Part shown: positions 1 through 9,647 of the stretch, piece by piece | How the letters are laid out: every line of letters starts with the position of its first letter | Numbering within the stretch: the first letter of the stretch is position 1 | DNA from: Candidatus Hydrogenedentota bacterium | GTDB lineage: Bacteria; Hydrogenedentota; Hydrogenedentia; Hydrogenedentales; SLHB01 | Direction of reading: 5' to 3' | Assembly (NCBI GenBank): GCA_963668025.2 | Contig: CAXXTH010000017.1 | Span: 896,001-960,000 of the forward strand | Length of the DNA: 64,000 nt | Notes under the pieces: model-generated | Told to the model about the DNA's origin: nothing | Database searches by the model: none | The model's input: only the letters and a program-made list of their open reading frames with translations | Made by a program: the position numbers and the translations under genes

Positions 1-790
1 CGAGTTTGGTCACGATAAGCCCCGTGACAGGGATGGCTTCCGTGAACACTTTGGCCTGCTGAAGGCCATTCTGGCCGGTCGTGGCGTCGAGCACAAGGAG
101 CACCTCGTGGGGCGCGCCAGGCAAGCGCTTGGACACCACACGCTGAATCTTTTTCAGCTCCTCCATGAGATTCACTTTCGTGTGGAGCCGCCCTGCGGTG
201 TCGATCAACACGCAATCCGCTTTGCGCGCCGCCGCCGCATCCACGGCGTCAAAGGCCACCGCGGCGGGGTCCGAACCATCCTGGTGTTTGATGAGCGGCA
301 CATTCGCCCGCTCGCTCCAAATGGTGAGCTGCTCGACGGCGGCGGCCCGGAAGGTGTCCGCCGCGCCCAGAAGCACGCTCTTGCCTTGGGCTTTCAAATG
401 CGAGGCTAGCTTGCCGGTAGTGGTCGTTTTACCGGAACCGTTCACTCCCACCACGAGCGTCACATGGGGGCCGCCATTGGCTTCCCACGTCATGGCGTGG
501 TCGCCCGGTTCGAGGGAGCGAATCATTTCTTCTTTCAGTAATTCATATAACTCTTCGGGGGTGGGAACTTTTTGCTCGCGGGACAAGCGGCGCATGTCTT
601 CAACAATGGCAAGGCTCGCATCCACGCCGAGGTCCGCTGCGATGAGGATCTCCTCGATTTCGTCGAAGACCTCATCATCTATCCGCGTCCGCCCGGTGAA
701 AACGCTCTTGATGCTATCGCTAAGGCTCGTGCGCGTTTTGGAGAGCCGTTCACGCAGCCGCCCGAAAAAACCCTTTTTTTCTTCCGACAT
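1..790 (-). CDS. ftsY: SRP receptor FtsY (3' end runs off the window)
   Basis: Manual minus-strand translation from ATG at 790: MSEEKKGFFGRLRERLSKTR...ILIAADLGV...VGVNGSGKTTT...DTFRAAA...IDTAGRLHT...DATTGQN (SRP GTPase motifs). Confidence 0.95.
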   Translation of the reverse strand, partial: MSEEKKGFFGRLRERLSKTRTSLSDSIKSVFTGRTRIDDEVFDEIEEILIAADLGVDASLAIVEDMRRLSREQKVPTPEELYELLKEEMIRSLEPGDHAMTWEANGGPHVTLVVGVNGSGKTTTTGKLASHLKAQGKSVLLGAADTFRAAAVEQLTIWSERANVPLIKHQDGSDPAAVAFDAVDAAAARKADCVLIDTAGRLHTKVNLMEELKKIQRVVSKRLPGAPHEVLLVLDATTGQNGLQQAKVFTEAIPVTGLIVTKL

Positions 791-840
791 GATGATAGTT
801 CCTTAAATAGTAAAGATGATAAACCAGATATAAATCAGTA

Positions 841-890
841 CGTAGCATGGGCGTCCCGCCCATGCGCATGGCCGGGACGGCCATGCTACG
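841..890. repeat. REP-like palindromic doublet, family A (CGTAGCATGGGCGTCCCGCCCATG...CATGGCCGGGACGGCCATGCTACG)
   Basis: Identical 50-nt copy at 55355-55404, near-identical copy at 20759-20808, degenerate copies at about 39722-39792 and 50234-50257; all intergenic. Confidence 0.85.
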
Positions 891-907
891 GAACTGGGCC
901 TTTCGCT

Positions 908-1837
908 TCAACCTTTATCCGCAAGCTCTTTCGGCAGATTGAAATGGACGGACTCCGCCATCACCTCCGATTCCACCACTTCAACCACCCCCTTGGCGCG
1001 CAAGTGCTCGACGACGCCTTGCACCAAGCGTTCGGGAGCGGATGCGCCTGCGGTGATGACGATGGTCTCGACGCCTTCCAGCCATGCGTCCTCGATGTCG
1101 CCCGCATCGCTAATCAAATGGGCGGGTTTGTCTTTCGCGCGGCAGATTTCGGCGAGCCGGTTCGAGTTGGCGCTTTTGCGGTCGCCCACGACCAGCACGA
1201 GGTCCGCCTCGGGCGATAACGCGTTCACCGCCGCCTGGCGGTTCGTGGTGGCGTAACAAATGTCCGCCTTGGGCGGCGATTTGATGGTGGGGAATTTGGC
1301 CTTGAGCGCATCAACCACCCGCTGGCAATCCTCGACGCTCAGCGTCGTCTGGGTGATATACGACAAGTTATCCGGATTTTCCACTTCCAGGCGCTCCACG
1401 TCTTCGATCGTCAACACGCGCTGGATATGATTCGCGGCCCAGCCCATCGTGCCCTCGGTCTCATCATGCCCCGGTTCGCCAATCAGGATAATGGTGTATT
1501 CCTTCGCCGCGAAACGCCGGGCCTCGTTGTGGACTTTTTCGACCAGTGGACACGTCGCATCGATCACCTGCATCCGGCGGTTTTCCGCATCTTGATACCG
1601 CTGCGGGCCAACGCCATGGGCGCTAAACAACACATGCGCGCCTTCGGGCACATCTTCCAGGCGCTTGACGAATACCGCGCCTTTCGTTTTCAGCTCATTC
1701 ACCACATGGGCGTTATGAACGATGTCGTTGAGCACATAGATAGGCGCTCCGAACCGTTCAAGCGCTTCCTCGACGCATTTGATGGCGCGCTCGACGCCCG
1801 CACAAAAGCCCCTCGGACGGGCCAGAATCAGTTTCAT
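908..1837 (-). CDS. ispH: 4-hydroxy-3-methylbut-2-enyl diphosphate reductase
   Basis: PRGFCAGV, IVHN, FSAHGV, DATCPLV, ICYATTNRQ, SANS and TAGASAP motifs; start MKLILA follows a GGAGA RBS. Confidence 0.96.
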   Translation of the reverse strand: MKLILARPRGFCAGVERAIKCVEEALERFGAPIYVLNDIVHNAHVVNELKTKGAVFVKRLEDVPEGAHVLFSAHGVGPQRYQDAENRRMQVIDATCPLVEKVHNEARRFAAKEYTIILIGEPGHDETEGTMGWAANHIQRVLTIEDVERLEVENPDNLSYITQTTLSVEDCQRVVDALKAKFPTIKSPPKADICYATTNRQAAVNALSPEADLVLVVGDRKSANSNRLAEICRAKDKPAHLISDAGDIEDAWLEGVETIVITAGASAPERLVQGVVEHLRAKGVVEVVESEVMAESVHFNLPKELADKG

Positions 1838-1981
1838 ACGTTCTCCAATCATTAGGCGATATTATCCGGCGGCAAGGGCCTTTGCGCCCTTGGCGCGATT
1901 TGTGCCATAATACCTGATATGCCAGTTTAATTGCATGCCCGCCTCGAACAACTCACCGAGGAACATGCGCTCCAGTAAGCT

Positions 1982-2339
1982 GGGGGCGACCAGGTTTCGA
2001 CGGGGGTGTAGAAGCATGGGCTGCGTGCCGAGGTTAATCGGCTGGCCTCGTAAAAAGCCGATTAAAACACAAATGCCAATCAACCTTTGGCAATGGCCGC
2101 CTAACTTTAGGTTGCCCGTCTTACCCTTGACCGCCTGCTAGGGGGATAAGGCGCCGACAGCGGGCCTCAAGGCTGGAGAACGGCGGAGTCTCCAGCGGAG
2201 AGTATCGACTCCGCCTAGCGGCCCTGGAAAGCGAGCCCGACGCGCTCCCGAGTGGCGAATCCTAAAGGACGGGCTACGCACGTAGACGCTTATGTGGACG
2301 CGCTTTCGGACGGGGGTTCGATTCCCCCCGCCTCCACCA
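1982..2339 (+). ncRNA. ssrA: tmRNA; tag reading frame ANQPLAMAA* at 2075-2104
   Basis: 5' GGGGGCG pairs with 3' CGCCTCC-ACCA including the G3:U wobble; T-arm GGGGGTTCGATTCCCCC; internal tag ORF ends in AA-stop. Confidence 0.95.
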
Positions 2340-2361
2340 ATTTCAAGAATGCAACCACGCT

Positions 2362-2386
2362 CTCTCGGGCAACCGGCCCGAGAGGG
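2362..2386 (+). terminator. Hairpin after tmRNA
   Basis: CTCTCGGGC-AACCG-GCCCGAGAG stem; weak U-tract. Confidence 0.5.
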
Positions 2387-2432
2387 CTTAAGCTCCTACC
2401 CCATTCGTTGCACTTAGAATATAAGTTCAGGC

Positions 2433-3802
2433 GGGTGCTCCCTCAATATGATAACCTCAATTGACCCCGTGGCGGGCCACGTGTTGCCAGAACTGGTCCC
2501 AACGGCCCTCGGTCATCTCCAGCGACCTGAGCGCGATCACCGCGCTCGCGCCCGCTTCCTTCCACCGCATCCCGGAGCATGCCAGGCGTTGCTTGATCAG
2601 CGTCTTGCACGCCGCCTCCGTCACTCCGCTGCCGATGGGAAGGCGCTCCGCCGTGTGCCGCCAGTATTGCATCTTCGAGCGGTGATTGCCGAAGTAGGTG
2701 ATCGCCTTGCCGAGTTCCTCGCGGCAAGCCTGGGCGCGCACGCTTGGCAAGCTCGCCTTCATCTCCTCCAGCAAGCGTCCGGCTGCGCCCCTCGTGTGCT
2801 TCAGCCGGTGACTCCAGTCCGCCTCCCACTCCCGGCGGCGCGCGCCATGACCGTGAATCGCCTCCGCCGCCTTCCCCACGTATTCCCGCGCGTGATAGAA
2901 ATCCAGCATCTGCCGGTCCGTGCGCGGCGTCAAAAACTTCCAGTTGTCCGGCGCGCCGTCGGCCAGGCCGATATACAGCGCCGCCGGGTGCCTCGCCCTC
3001 ACGCGCTCCACCTCGCGGCCGAAGCGCTCGAGGAAAGTCTGCTTGCCGTACTCGGGCGATGCGCCCGCGTAGATCGTGTGCAGCCGCTCCCCGTCCTTGT
3101 CGTACAGGCTGATGGACCCGCACATCGCCTGACGCCAGCCGTCCTCCCTGAGCAGCATGCAGGTGCCGTCCAGGCCCACGGCCACCGACGCGACCGGCCT
3201 GTCCAATTCCGGCAGCTCGTACTCCCACGTCTCCTCCCTGGCCTGCGCCAGGGCGCCCACAAAATCGCCGATCTTCTTCACATAGTCGCGCGAGATTGCG
3301 CGGCCTGTCGACTCGAGCAGGTCGCGGCGCATGACATCGGCGCCCATGCGGGAGTATTTTCCGCTGACGATCCGGGCGTAGCGCGGCGTGGCGTTCATGA
3401 CCATTCGCGCGTCCCGCTCCAGCGGGCAGAAGGTGCGCCCGCCCGTGGCGGTGTTCTGGTAGACGTGCCGCTCGACGCGGACCGGGCCGTGGGGCGTCTC
3501 GTAGGTCTGGCCGAAGCGCCCCTTGGTTTTGAAGGTGGTGGCGCCGACGCGGATGGGCGAGCCGTCTGTGTCGAAACGGGCCAGGGCCTCGGCCATGACT
3601 GCGCGCCCCACCCCGTTCAGGGCCTCCTGGACCGCCTCCTCCATATCGAGCATCGAACCACGCAGCCTCAGCGAGAAACTCACCTCGAACGTGTCGCCGT
3701 CGCGCCTTGTCACCATCGCTGCCATCGGTCTTCCTCCGTTAAGGGTCCGGCATACTTATCGACCCGACACGAGGATTTCTTTAGCATTCTGCGGGAACAC
3801 CC
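2433..3802 (-). mobile_element. ISKra4-family insertion sequence (1370 bp)
   Basis: Imperfect 22-bp IRs (GGGTGCTCCCTCAATATGATAA versus GGGTGTTCCCGCAGAATGCTAA, 17/22) and an 8-bp TSD GTTCAGGC at 2425-2432 and 3803-3810. Confidence 0.92.
2457..3725 (-). CDS. ISKra4-family DDE transposase
   Basis: GLDGT, LADGA..NW, LDFYHA and PIGSGVTEAACKTLIKQRL..SGMRW motifs. Confidence 0.92.
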   Translation of the reverse strand: MAAMVTRRDGDTFEVSFSLRLRGSMLDMEEAVQEALNGVGRAVMAEALARFDTDGSPIRVGATTFKTKGRFGQTYETPHGPVRVERHVYQNTATGGRTFCPLERDARMVMNATPRYARIVSGKYSRMGADVMRRDLLESTGRAISRDYVKKIGDFVGALAQAREETWEYELPELDRPVASVAVGLDGTCMLLREDGWRQAMCGSISLYDKDGERLHTIYAGASPEYGKQTFLERFGREVERVRARHPAALYIGLADGAPDNWKFLTPRTDRQMLDFYHAREYVGKAAEAIHGHGARRREWEADWSHRLKHTRGAAGRLLEEMKASLPSVRAQACREELGKAITYFGNHRSKMQYWRHTAERLPIGSGVTEAACKTLIKQRLACSGMRWKEAGASAVIALRSLEMTEGRWDQFWQHVARHGVN

Positions 3803-3956
3803 GTTCAGGCCTTCACATCGCTTGCGCCGGAAGCCATCTTCTTTGCGATTGAGCCGGGCCTGAACGCCCTTGAAGCCTATCAGCAGCCTATCACATCTCG
3901 GCCAGCATTCCACGAAGTCCACGCCGAACTGGCCAAGCGTTTTAGGCCAGGAGCTT

Positions 3957-4286
3957 TCAGTCGATCACCGCATACTCGATGCGCGGGCACTTTTTGTGAA
4001 GATCGCTGAATAGCTTCAGCATGATCTCCGCGTCCTTGGGAAATTTTTCTCGCACCGCCGATACGCCACGGAACTCGATCAGGACTGGAGACTTGGAAAA
4101 TCCCCAGGCCATGTCCCAGATCGCGTCCCAGTTCTCACTGCAATCACCGGGCAAGCCCAGCTTTTGCTTGAGCAACCCGAAGATGTCAAAACGCGATTTC
4201 CATTCCTTCAGGTCAATTTTAATGGGATTCTCCGTGGCCGGCGTGTACGGCATCATTCTGTCGCTGGACTCTTTGTCTTTGGCCAT
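3957..4286 (-). CDS. Barstar-family RNase inhibitor (immunity protein)
   Basis: LKQKLGLPGDCSENWDAIWD resembles barstar [26 protein letters not shown] RBS; lies directly downstream of a barnase-domain gene. Confidence 0.85.
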   Translation of the reverse strand: MAKDKESSDRMMPYTPATENPIKIDLKEWKSRFDIFGLLKQKLGLPGDCSENWDAIWDMAWGFSKSPVLIEFRGVSAVREKFPKDAEIMLKLFSDLHKKCPRIEYAVID

Positions 4287-4306
4287 TGTGCAATTCTCCT
4301 GCTCAG

Positions 4307-4954
4307 TTATAGTCCGATCTCGATGAATATCTGGTAGCCACCAATCGAGAAGAAAACCAAGCAATCGTTTGAATACAGAATCCTCTTGTCGTTACGCTGG
4401 CCGTCCGAATAGTCGACATCCGCTTCGTACCATACCCGTCCGGGCGCATCGGGAAGCTTGCCTTCGCGGTTCTCAAACACATCTCCGCCAATCATGCGCC
4501 CTGGCAGAACATCCGCCAGATTCCCCTCTTCCGGTATCCAGCCCAACCGTTCAGCCTCTTCTTTCGTGATGTAATAATCGGGAAGCTCGCAATAGACCAG
4601 CAGCCAATAGTCCGCGCCCTCTTCGCCTTTGTCAGTAGCCTTACCAGCTTCTATGAGTGGCAGGGCCTCGAGAACACACTCACAATTCGGGTGGAGTGGC
4701 GGTCCAACGGGCGGGCCCTCATCCATGTCGTATATCGTGCCGTGAAGCGTCCTGCATTCGTCGCATGTGCGGGGAGTCATCATGGCGCGCCAGGTTTTCC
4801 AGCGCGTGCTTTTTCGCGCGGTTTCCCCTGTTGTTTCCCTTCGCCCATGTCCCAGGACGATACGTATGGCTCTTTGCAGGCGGATGGAATCAGCCCTCTT
4901 AAGCGTATCGACTCGACATCTCTTGGCCAGTTGCAGCGTTTTCATCAGCTTCAC
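4307..4954 (-). CDS. Phage MuF-like (head morphogenesis) domain fused to a barnase-like ribonuclease
   Basis: N-terminal WRAMMTPRTCDECRTLHG...PPLHPNCEC (MuF motif). C-terminal LPDYYITKEEAERLGW...GNLADVLPG..IGGDVFENREGKLP..GRVWYEADVDY..GQRN.KRILYS is close to barnase. Alternative start ATG at 4945. Confidence 0.88.
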   Translation of the reverse strand: MKLMKTLQLAKRCRVDTLKRADSIRLQRAIRIVLGHGRRETTGETARKSTRWKTWRAMMTPRTCDECRTLHGTIYDMDEGPPVGPPLHPNCECVLEALPLIEAGKATDKGEEGADYWLLVYCELPDYYITKEEAERLGWIPEEGNLADVLPGRMIGGDVFENREGKLPDAPGRVWYEADVDYSDGQRNDKRILYSNDCLVFFSIGGYQIFIEIGL

Positions 4955-5332
4955 CCTTTGCTGTTGGCTTCACGGCGTTTCTGCCTGGAAGAGACAGCGC
5001 CCTCCATATATATAGGCCCCCTTGTTGCGCTGTGAATTGGCGTCACGCCTGGCGAGCGGATACCGGGGGGAGCCTTTATGAGGAGGATTCCTACTGGAAG
5101 CCATCTGAAGAGCTACTGAAGGGAGGGCGATGTTATGAAGGAGCCGCCGCGATTGCTATACTGAGATCGAATCGAAATCTTGCATCGTGTTCTTAAAACA
5201 ACTCCTGGCTTACCTCATACTCTTGGGCTCTTGACCAACTTCGCGCCTTCGTGCCTTCGCGTGCGTCAAAAACTGCTTTGTACGCCCTACGGCGGATGTT
5301 ATATGGTCTAGTCTTGAAATAGGAGGGGAAAA

Positions 5333-5800
5333 ATGTCTGATTTCAATGCATCACGCGAAGACGCGAAGGCGCAAAGAAATATCGAGGAGATCGCTGCAAT
5401 TGTGGTCGATACGGCGTTGCAATTGCACCGGGACTTGGGGCCGGGATTATTGGAATCGGTCTATGAAGCCGTATTGGCCAAGATGCTGCAACAGCGAGGG
5501 CTATTGGTCGAACGGTAAAAGGCGGTTCCGTTCCAATATCAGGATATCGAATTCGACGAAGGCTTTCGGCTGGATTTGCTGGTTGATCACCAATTGATCG
5601 TCGAATTGAAATCAGTCGAAAACCTCCATCCCGTCCACCCGAATCAACTCCTGACTTATCTTAGACTCATGAACCTGCCCCTTGGACTTCTGATTAACTT
5701 CGGGGCGCCGCTCTTGAAGGATGGCTTGCAGCGGGTGGTCAACAACCATACCAACTTCGCGTCTTCGCACCTTCGCGTACATCAACAACAGGAGGCGTAA
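5333..5800 (+). pseudogene. GxxExxY protein (PD-(D/E)XK-like) with an in-frame stop
   Basis: LGPGLLESVYE motif; TAA at 5516-5518 (likely CAA>TAA in ERQK); the frame continues ...FRLDLLVDHQLIVELKS...QLLTYL...GLLINF to 5800. Confidence 0.88.
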
Positions 5801-5849
5801 CCATGAAACCTTACGGCTGGGCCGGCATTCACCTCAGGGGAAGCTACCT

Positions 5850-6620
5850 TCACGGCAGCGAACGCTCAAACAGCACTATGCTTCGCTCTGGCGAGAGGGC
5901 GTCTGCGTGAAAGGCAAAGCCTTCGTGCTGCTTCAGGAACGGATGGGCGCCGCAGCCGGGCGCGAGGCAATCGCACTTGCCCTTGGGGCAGGCCCCGAAG
6001 CAGCACAGCCGCCCTAGATAGCGGTTGCTCGCTGGCTCCATGATGAATAGTTCGGCCTGGTGGTGTGCCACGCCGATGTTGCGCTCGCGCAATAAGGCGT
6101 TCAGCGCAGTAGTGCGCGCCTTCTGAAGCGCTTTGAGGCCGTCCAAGACATCAATCCAGACCGCCAGATCCACGTCCTTGCATTCGTGCCAGAGGGTTGT
6201 GCCCGAGCGGGCGTATTTACGGAAACGTGGCACTTCTTTTTTGAGCGGCACGGCCACCGAACCGAAGAGGGCCACCTTGCGCACGGCCGGAAACTCCGCC
6301 AAGGCGCGGGTGATATATTCGGCCGCCAAGCGGAATTCACGCTGGCGGCGCAGCATACAAGAGTCGTCCTCGGCAATTTGGCTCCGCGTGGGCGGCGAAT
6401 AGTCGTCGTCCCAGTCGGGCGCGTCTTCGTAGTCCACTTCGGTATCTTCAAGACCCGATTCTTGCGGCAACTGCCCGCCATGTGAAACCTGGTTTGCATA
6501 ATACGCGTCCAAGGCGATCAGTTTATCCATATCCATCTCCGAGACCGGCATGAGCTGGAATTGCCACTCGGATGGATCATATTCCGACGGCGGTTTTTGT
6601 GTGGATTTACGGCCGCGCAT
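5850..6620 (-). CDS. Pol-beta-fold nucleotidyltransferase-like protein with a Cys-rich C-terminus
   Basis: VALFGSVA...KDVDLAVW motif; C-terminal CCFGACPKGKCDC..PGC; probable start MRGRK at 6620. Confidence 0.65.
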   Translation of the reverse strand: MRGRKSTQKPPSEYDPSEWQFQLMPVSEMDMDKLIALDAYYANQVSHGGQLPQESGLEDTEVDYEDAPDWDDDYSPPTRSQIAEDDSCMLRRQREFRLAAEYITRALAEFPAVRKVALFGSVAVPLKKEVPRFRKYARSGTTLWHECKDVDLAVWIDVLDGLKALQKARTTALNALLRERNIGVAHHQAELFIMEPASNRYLGRLCCFGACPKGKCDCLAPGCGAHPFLKQHEGFAFHADALSPERSIVLFERSLP

Positions 6621-6718
6621 TCCGCAACGCTCCCTGGTGCGATCTTGGATTTGATAATCTCCGTGCCGCTCACTATATTCGAGCAGTATGTTGGAGCGCA
6701 ACGATAAGGGGAAGGGCA

Positions 6719-9232
6719 ATGCCGTCCACGATTCAGAAGAGCAAGAGAAAATCTAAAATCACAAAGGCCAAGAGCGTCGGCGCACCGCCCAAGAAAACCC
6801 CGCGCACTCATAAACCCGAGGATATGACGTTGGAGCAGTGGCAGATCGCCCTGCGCCGCGAGTTTGGCCAAACGCAGGAATTCACATTGGAAAACCTGGG
6901 CGAAGAGCCGGTCTTCTCCGAGTTCCGCATCACCAATCCGGCCAGCGGCGGCCTCTACCGCGTCGCCATCCGTGGCGAGGCTCCCGGCGTCAACTATTGC
7001 TCCTGTCCCGACTACGCCATCAACACGCTGGGCACCTGCAAGCACATCGAATTCACATTGGCGGCATTGCGCCGCAAGAGAGGCGGCAAGGCGGCCTTGG
7101 CCCATGGTTTCCAGCCCGCCTTCTCCGAGATCTACCTGCGTTACGGCCTCAAGCGCGAGGTGGTCTTTGGCCCGGCCACCGGGTGTCCCGAAGCGCTCCG
7201 AACGCTGGCCGAATCGTATTTTGATGGCGAAGGGCTGCTCATGCCCGAGGCCTATGCCCGCTTCGACGCCTTCCTGCGTGAGGCCTCGCCTATCGCCCGC
7301 GAAGCGGAACACGAGCTGCGCTGTTACGAAGACACGCTCGGTTTTGTCGCGCAGGTGCGCGATCAGTTCCGGCGGCGCGCCGCAGTCGATAAGGCCTTTC
7401 CGCAAGGAATCGAAAGCCCTGCCTTCGATGGCCTCCTCAAGGTGGCGCTCTATCCTTACCAGCGCCAGGGGGCGCTGTTCGCCGCGCGCGCCGGGCGCTG
7501 CCTGCTTGCCGACGATATGGGCCTGGGCAAAACGATCCAGGCCATCGCCGCCTCCGAGATCTTGGCCCGCACCGCTGGCATCGAGCGCGCGCTGATCATT
7601 TGCCCCACCTCGCTCAAGCATCAGTGGCGGAGTGAGATCGCCAAGTTTACCGGGCGCACGGCCCAGGTGGTCGAGGGCTCTCTCGTGGCGCGTGAGGCCG
7701 CCTACGCCGCCGAGTCCTTTTTCAAGATCACCAACTACGACGTGATCTATCGCGACGCCGAGGCGATCCGCCGCTGGGCGCCTGACCTGATCGTGCTTGA
7801 TGAGGCCCAGCGCATCAAAAACTGGAAGACCCGCGTCGCACAAAGCGTCAAGCGCCTGCCCAGCGAGCACGCCATCGTCTTGACCGGCACGCCGCTGGAA
7901 AACCGGTTGGAAGAACTGCACTCGATCGTCGAATTCGTCGACCGCCACCGCCTGGGGCCTGCGTTTCGCTTTCTGGCCGAGCATCAGCACGTAGACGAAG
8001 CAGGCAAGGTGGTTGGCTATCACAACCTTTCCGAGATCGCCCGGACGCTGGCGCCGATTCTGCTCCGCCGCACCAAACAGGAGGTTTTACGTGAACTTCC
8101 CGAGCGCCTGGACAAGACCTTCTTTGTCCCAATGACCCCGCAGCAGCAGAAACATCACGACGAGAACCAGGAGACCGTGGTGCGTGTCGTCGCCAAATGG
8201 CGGCGCTACCATTTCCTCTCCGAGGCCGATCAGCGCCGCCTGATGGTCGCCCTGCAGAACATGCGCATGTCTTGCAACAGCACCTGGCTGCTCGATCATA
8301 AGACCGACTACGGCGTCAAGGCCGACGAACTGGCCACGCAGCTCGAGGAGATCTTCGAGCGTCCCGAGATCAAGGTGGTTGTCTTCAGCCAATGGGTGCG
8401 CACCCACGAACTGTTGCAGCAGCGTTTCGAGGCCAGGCGCTGGGAGCATGTCTTTTTCCACGGAGGCGTGCCGGGCCCCAATCGCAAGGGACTGGTGGAG
8501 CGTTTCAAGGAGGATCCCGCCTGCCGCCTCTTCCTTTCCACGGACGCCGGTGGCGTGGGCCTCAACTTGCAGCACGCTTCGGTGGTGGTCAACATGGACC
8601 AGCCCTGGAACCCGGCGGTGCTGGAACAGCGCATCGGACGCGTTCATCGCCTCGGGCAGCGCCGGCCGGTCAGCGTGATCAACTACGTCGCTCAGGGAAC
8701 GATCGAGCACGGCATGCTTTCGCTGATCGATTTCAAGAAGTCGGTGTTCGCGGGAGTGCTCGATGGCGGGAGCGACGAGGTCTTCCTGGGCGGCTCGCGC
8801 CTGAAAAACTTCATGGAGACGGTCGAGCGAGCCAGCGGCGGCATTCCGCCAGCCATGCCGTCCCAGGAGGCGCCTGCCCCCGCGTCCGAAGAAGCCGTAT
8901 CGGAAGCGCAAATGGCCGAGGAAGAAGCGGGCGCTGCGGCGTCCGCGCCCGCCGCCACGGACGCCGTCTGGAACGAACTGGCCACCGCCGGTCTGGCTTT
9001 TCTGGAAAAACTCGGCCAGGCGTTCCAGAGACCGCACTCCGGTGAATCTGTTGATTCGTCCACCCCGTCCTGTCCGTCTGGCAAATCGATGCCGGGCGTT
9101 GGATTATCCGAGACCCTGCTGTCGCGCGACGAGAGGACCGGCCAGTCTTGCCTCAAGTTGCCGCTGCCCAGCCCCGAGATCCTGCGGACCGTCGCGGAGC
9201 TGCTTGGCAATCTGGCCGGACTGGGCAAATAG
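6719..9232 (+). CDS. SWIM zinc finger plus SNF2-family helicase/ATPase
   Basis: CSCPD...TCKH (SWIM), LADDMGLGKT, DEAQ, LTGTPLEN, STDAGGVGLNLQ, PWNP..LEQRIGRVHRLGQ. Confidence 0.93.
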   Translation: MPSTIQKSKRKSKITKAKSVGAPPKKTPRTHKPEDMTLEQWQIALRREFGQTQEFTLENLGEEPVFSEFRITNPASGGLYRVAIRGEAPGVNYCSCPDYAINTLGTCKHIEFTLAALRRKRGGKAALAHGFQPAFSEIYLRYGLKREVVFGPATGCPEALRTLAESYFDGEGLLMPEAYARFDAFLREASPIAREAEHELRCYEDTLGFVAQVRDQFRRRAAVDKAFPQGIESPAFDGLLKVALYPYQRQGALFAARAGRCLLADDMGLGKTIQAIAASEILARTAGIERALIICPTSLKHQWRSEIAKFTGRTAQVVEGSLVAREAAYAAESFFKITNYDVIYRDAEAIRRWAPDLIVLDEAQRIKNWKTRVAQSVKRLPSEHAIVLTGTPLENRLEELHSIVEFVDRHRLGPAFRFLAEHQHVDEAGKVVGYHNLSEIARTLAPILLRRTKQEVLRELPERLDKTFFVPMTPQQQKHHDENQETVVRVVAKWRRYHFLSEADQRRLMVALQNMRMSCNSTWLLDHKTDYGVKADELATQLEEIFERPEIKVVVFSQWVRTHELLQQRFEARRWEHVFFHGGVPGPNRKGLVERFKEDPACRLFLSTDAGGVGLNLQHASVVVNMDQPWNPAVLEQRIGRVHRLGQRRPVSVINYVAQGTIEHGMLSLIDFKKSVFAGVLDGGSDEVFLGGSRLKNFMETVERASGGIPPAMPSQEAPAPASEEAVSEAQMAEEEAGAAASAPAATDAVWNELATAGLAFLEKLGQAFQRPHSGESVDSSTPSCPSGKSMPGVGLSETLLSRDERTGQSCLKLPLPSPEILRTVAELLGNLAGLGK

Positions 9233-9240
9233 AAAGAAGT

Positions 9241-9647
9241 GTAATACGGCCTGGCCGCAACCAAAGATTTAGCACCTAAACTCCAGCTTCAACGAGAAAA
9301 CAAGATGTGAATATTTTGTTTGACTGAAGCAATGGCAGCTCTTTTTTTGACATGATTTACAAGATTCACAAGATTAGACAAGATCGCAACGACTCCATAT
9401 GAAGTCAAACCTGCTTCAGTTGCTAAAGTGTGACGAAGTTTTTTATTCAGGTATGTCGCGCTTCAAACGCTTGCATTCTTTGCGGCTTTGCGGCTTCGCG
9501 TGAAATAGATGACCAAGGCTGGCGCGCTGTACTACCAACAAAAATCCCATTCTATTTATACACACGCAAAGCCGCAAAGAACGCAAAAGTAAACGAGAAT
9601 AAACAATGCTATGTCGTTAAATTGGGTTGTGGGCAACGCCCACGTTA
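9241..9647. repeat. Composite intergenic cluster of short periodic repeats
   Basis: GGTTGCGGC-type elements in inverted orientation at both ends; GACATGATTTACAAGATT 9-mer array at 9343-9385; inverted 8-mer arrays at 9478-9503 and 9563-9590. Confidence 0.6.

Noticed and set aside
5516-5518. Programmed readthrough or recoding of the GxxExxY stop
   Set aside because: The codon is TAA, not TGA or TAG, and other genes here end in TAA; a CAA>TAA nonsense change is simpler.
9343-9600. Possible CRISPR array in the repeat clusters
   Set aside because: Units are 8-9 nt tandem repeats without unique spacers, and there are no cas genes.
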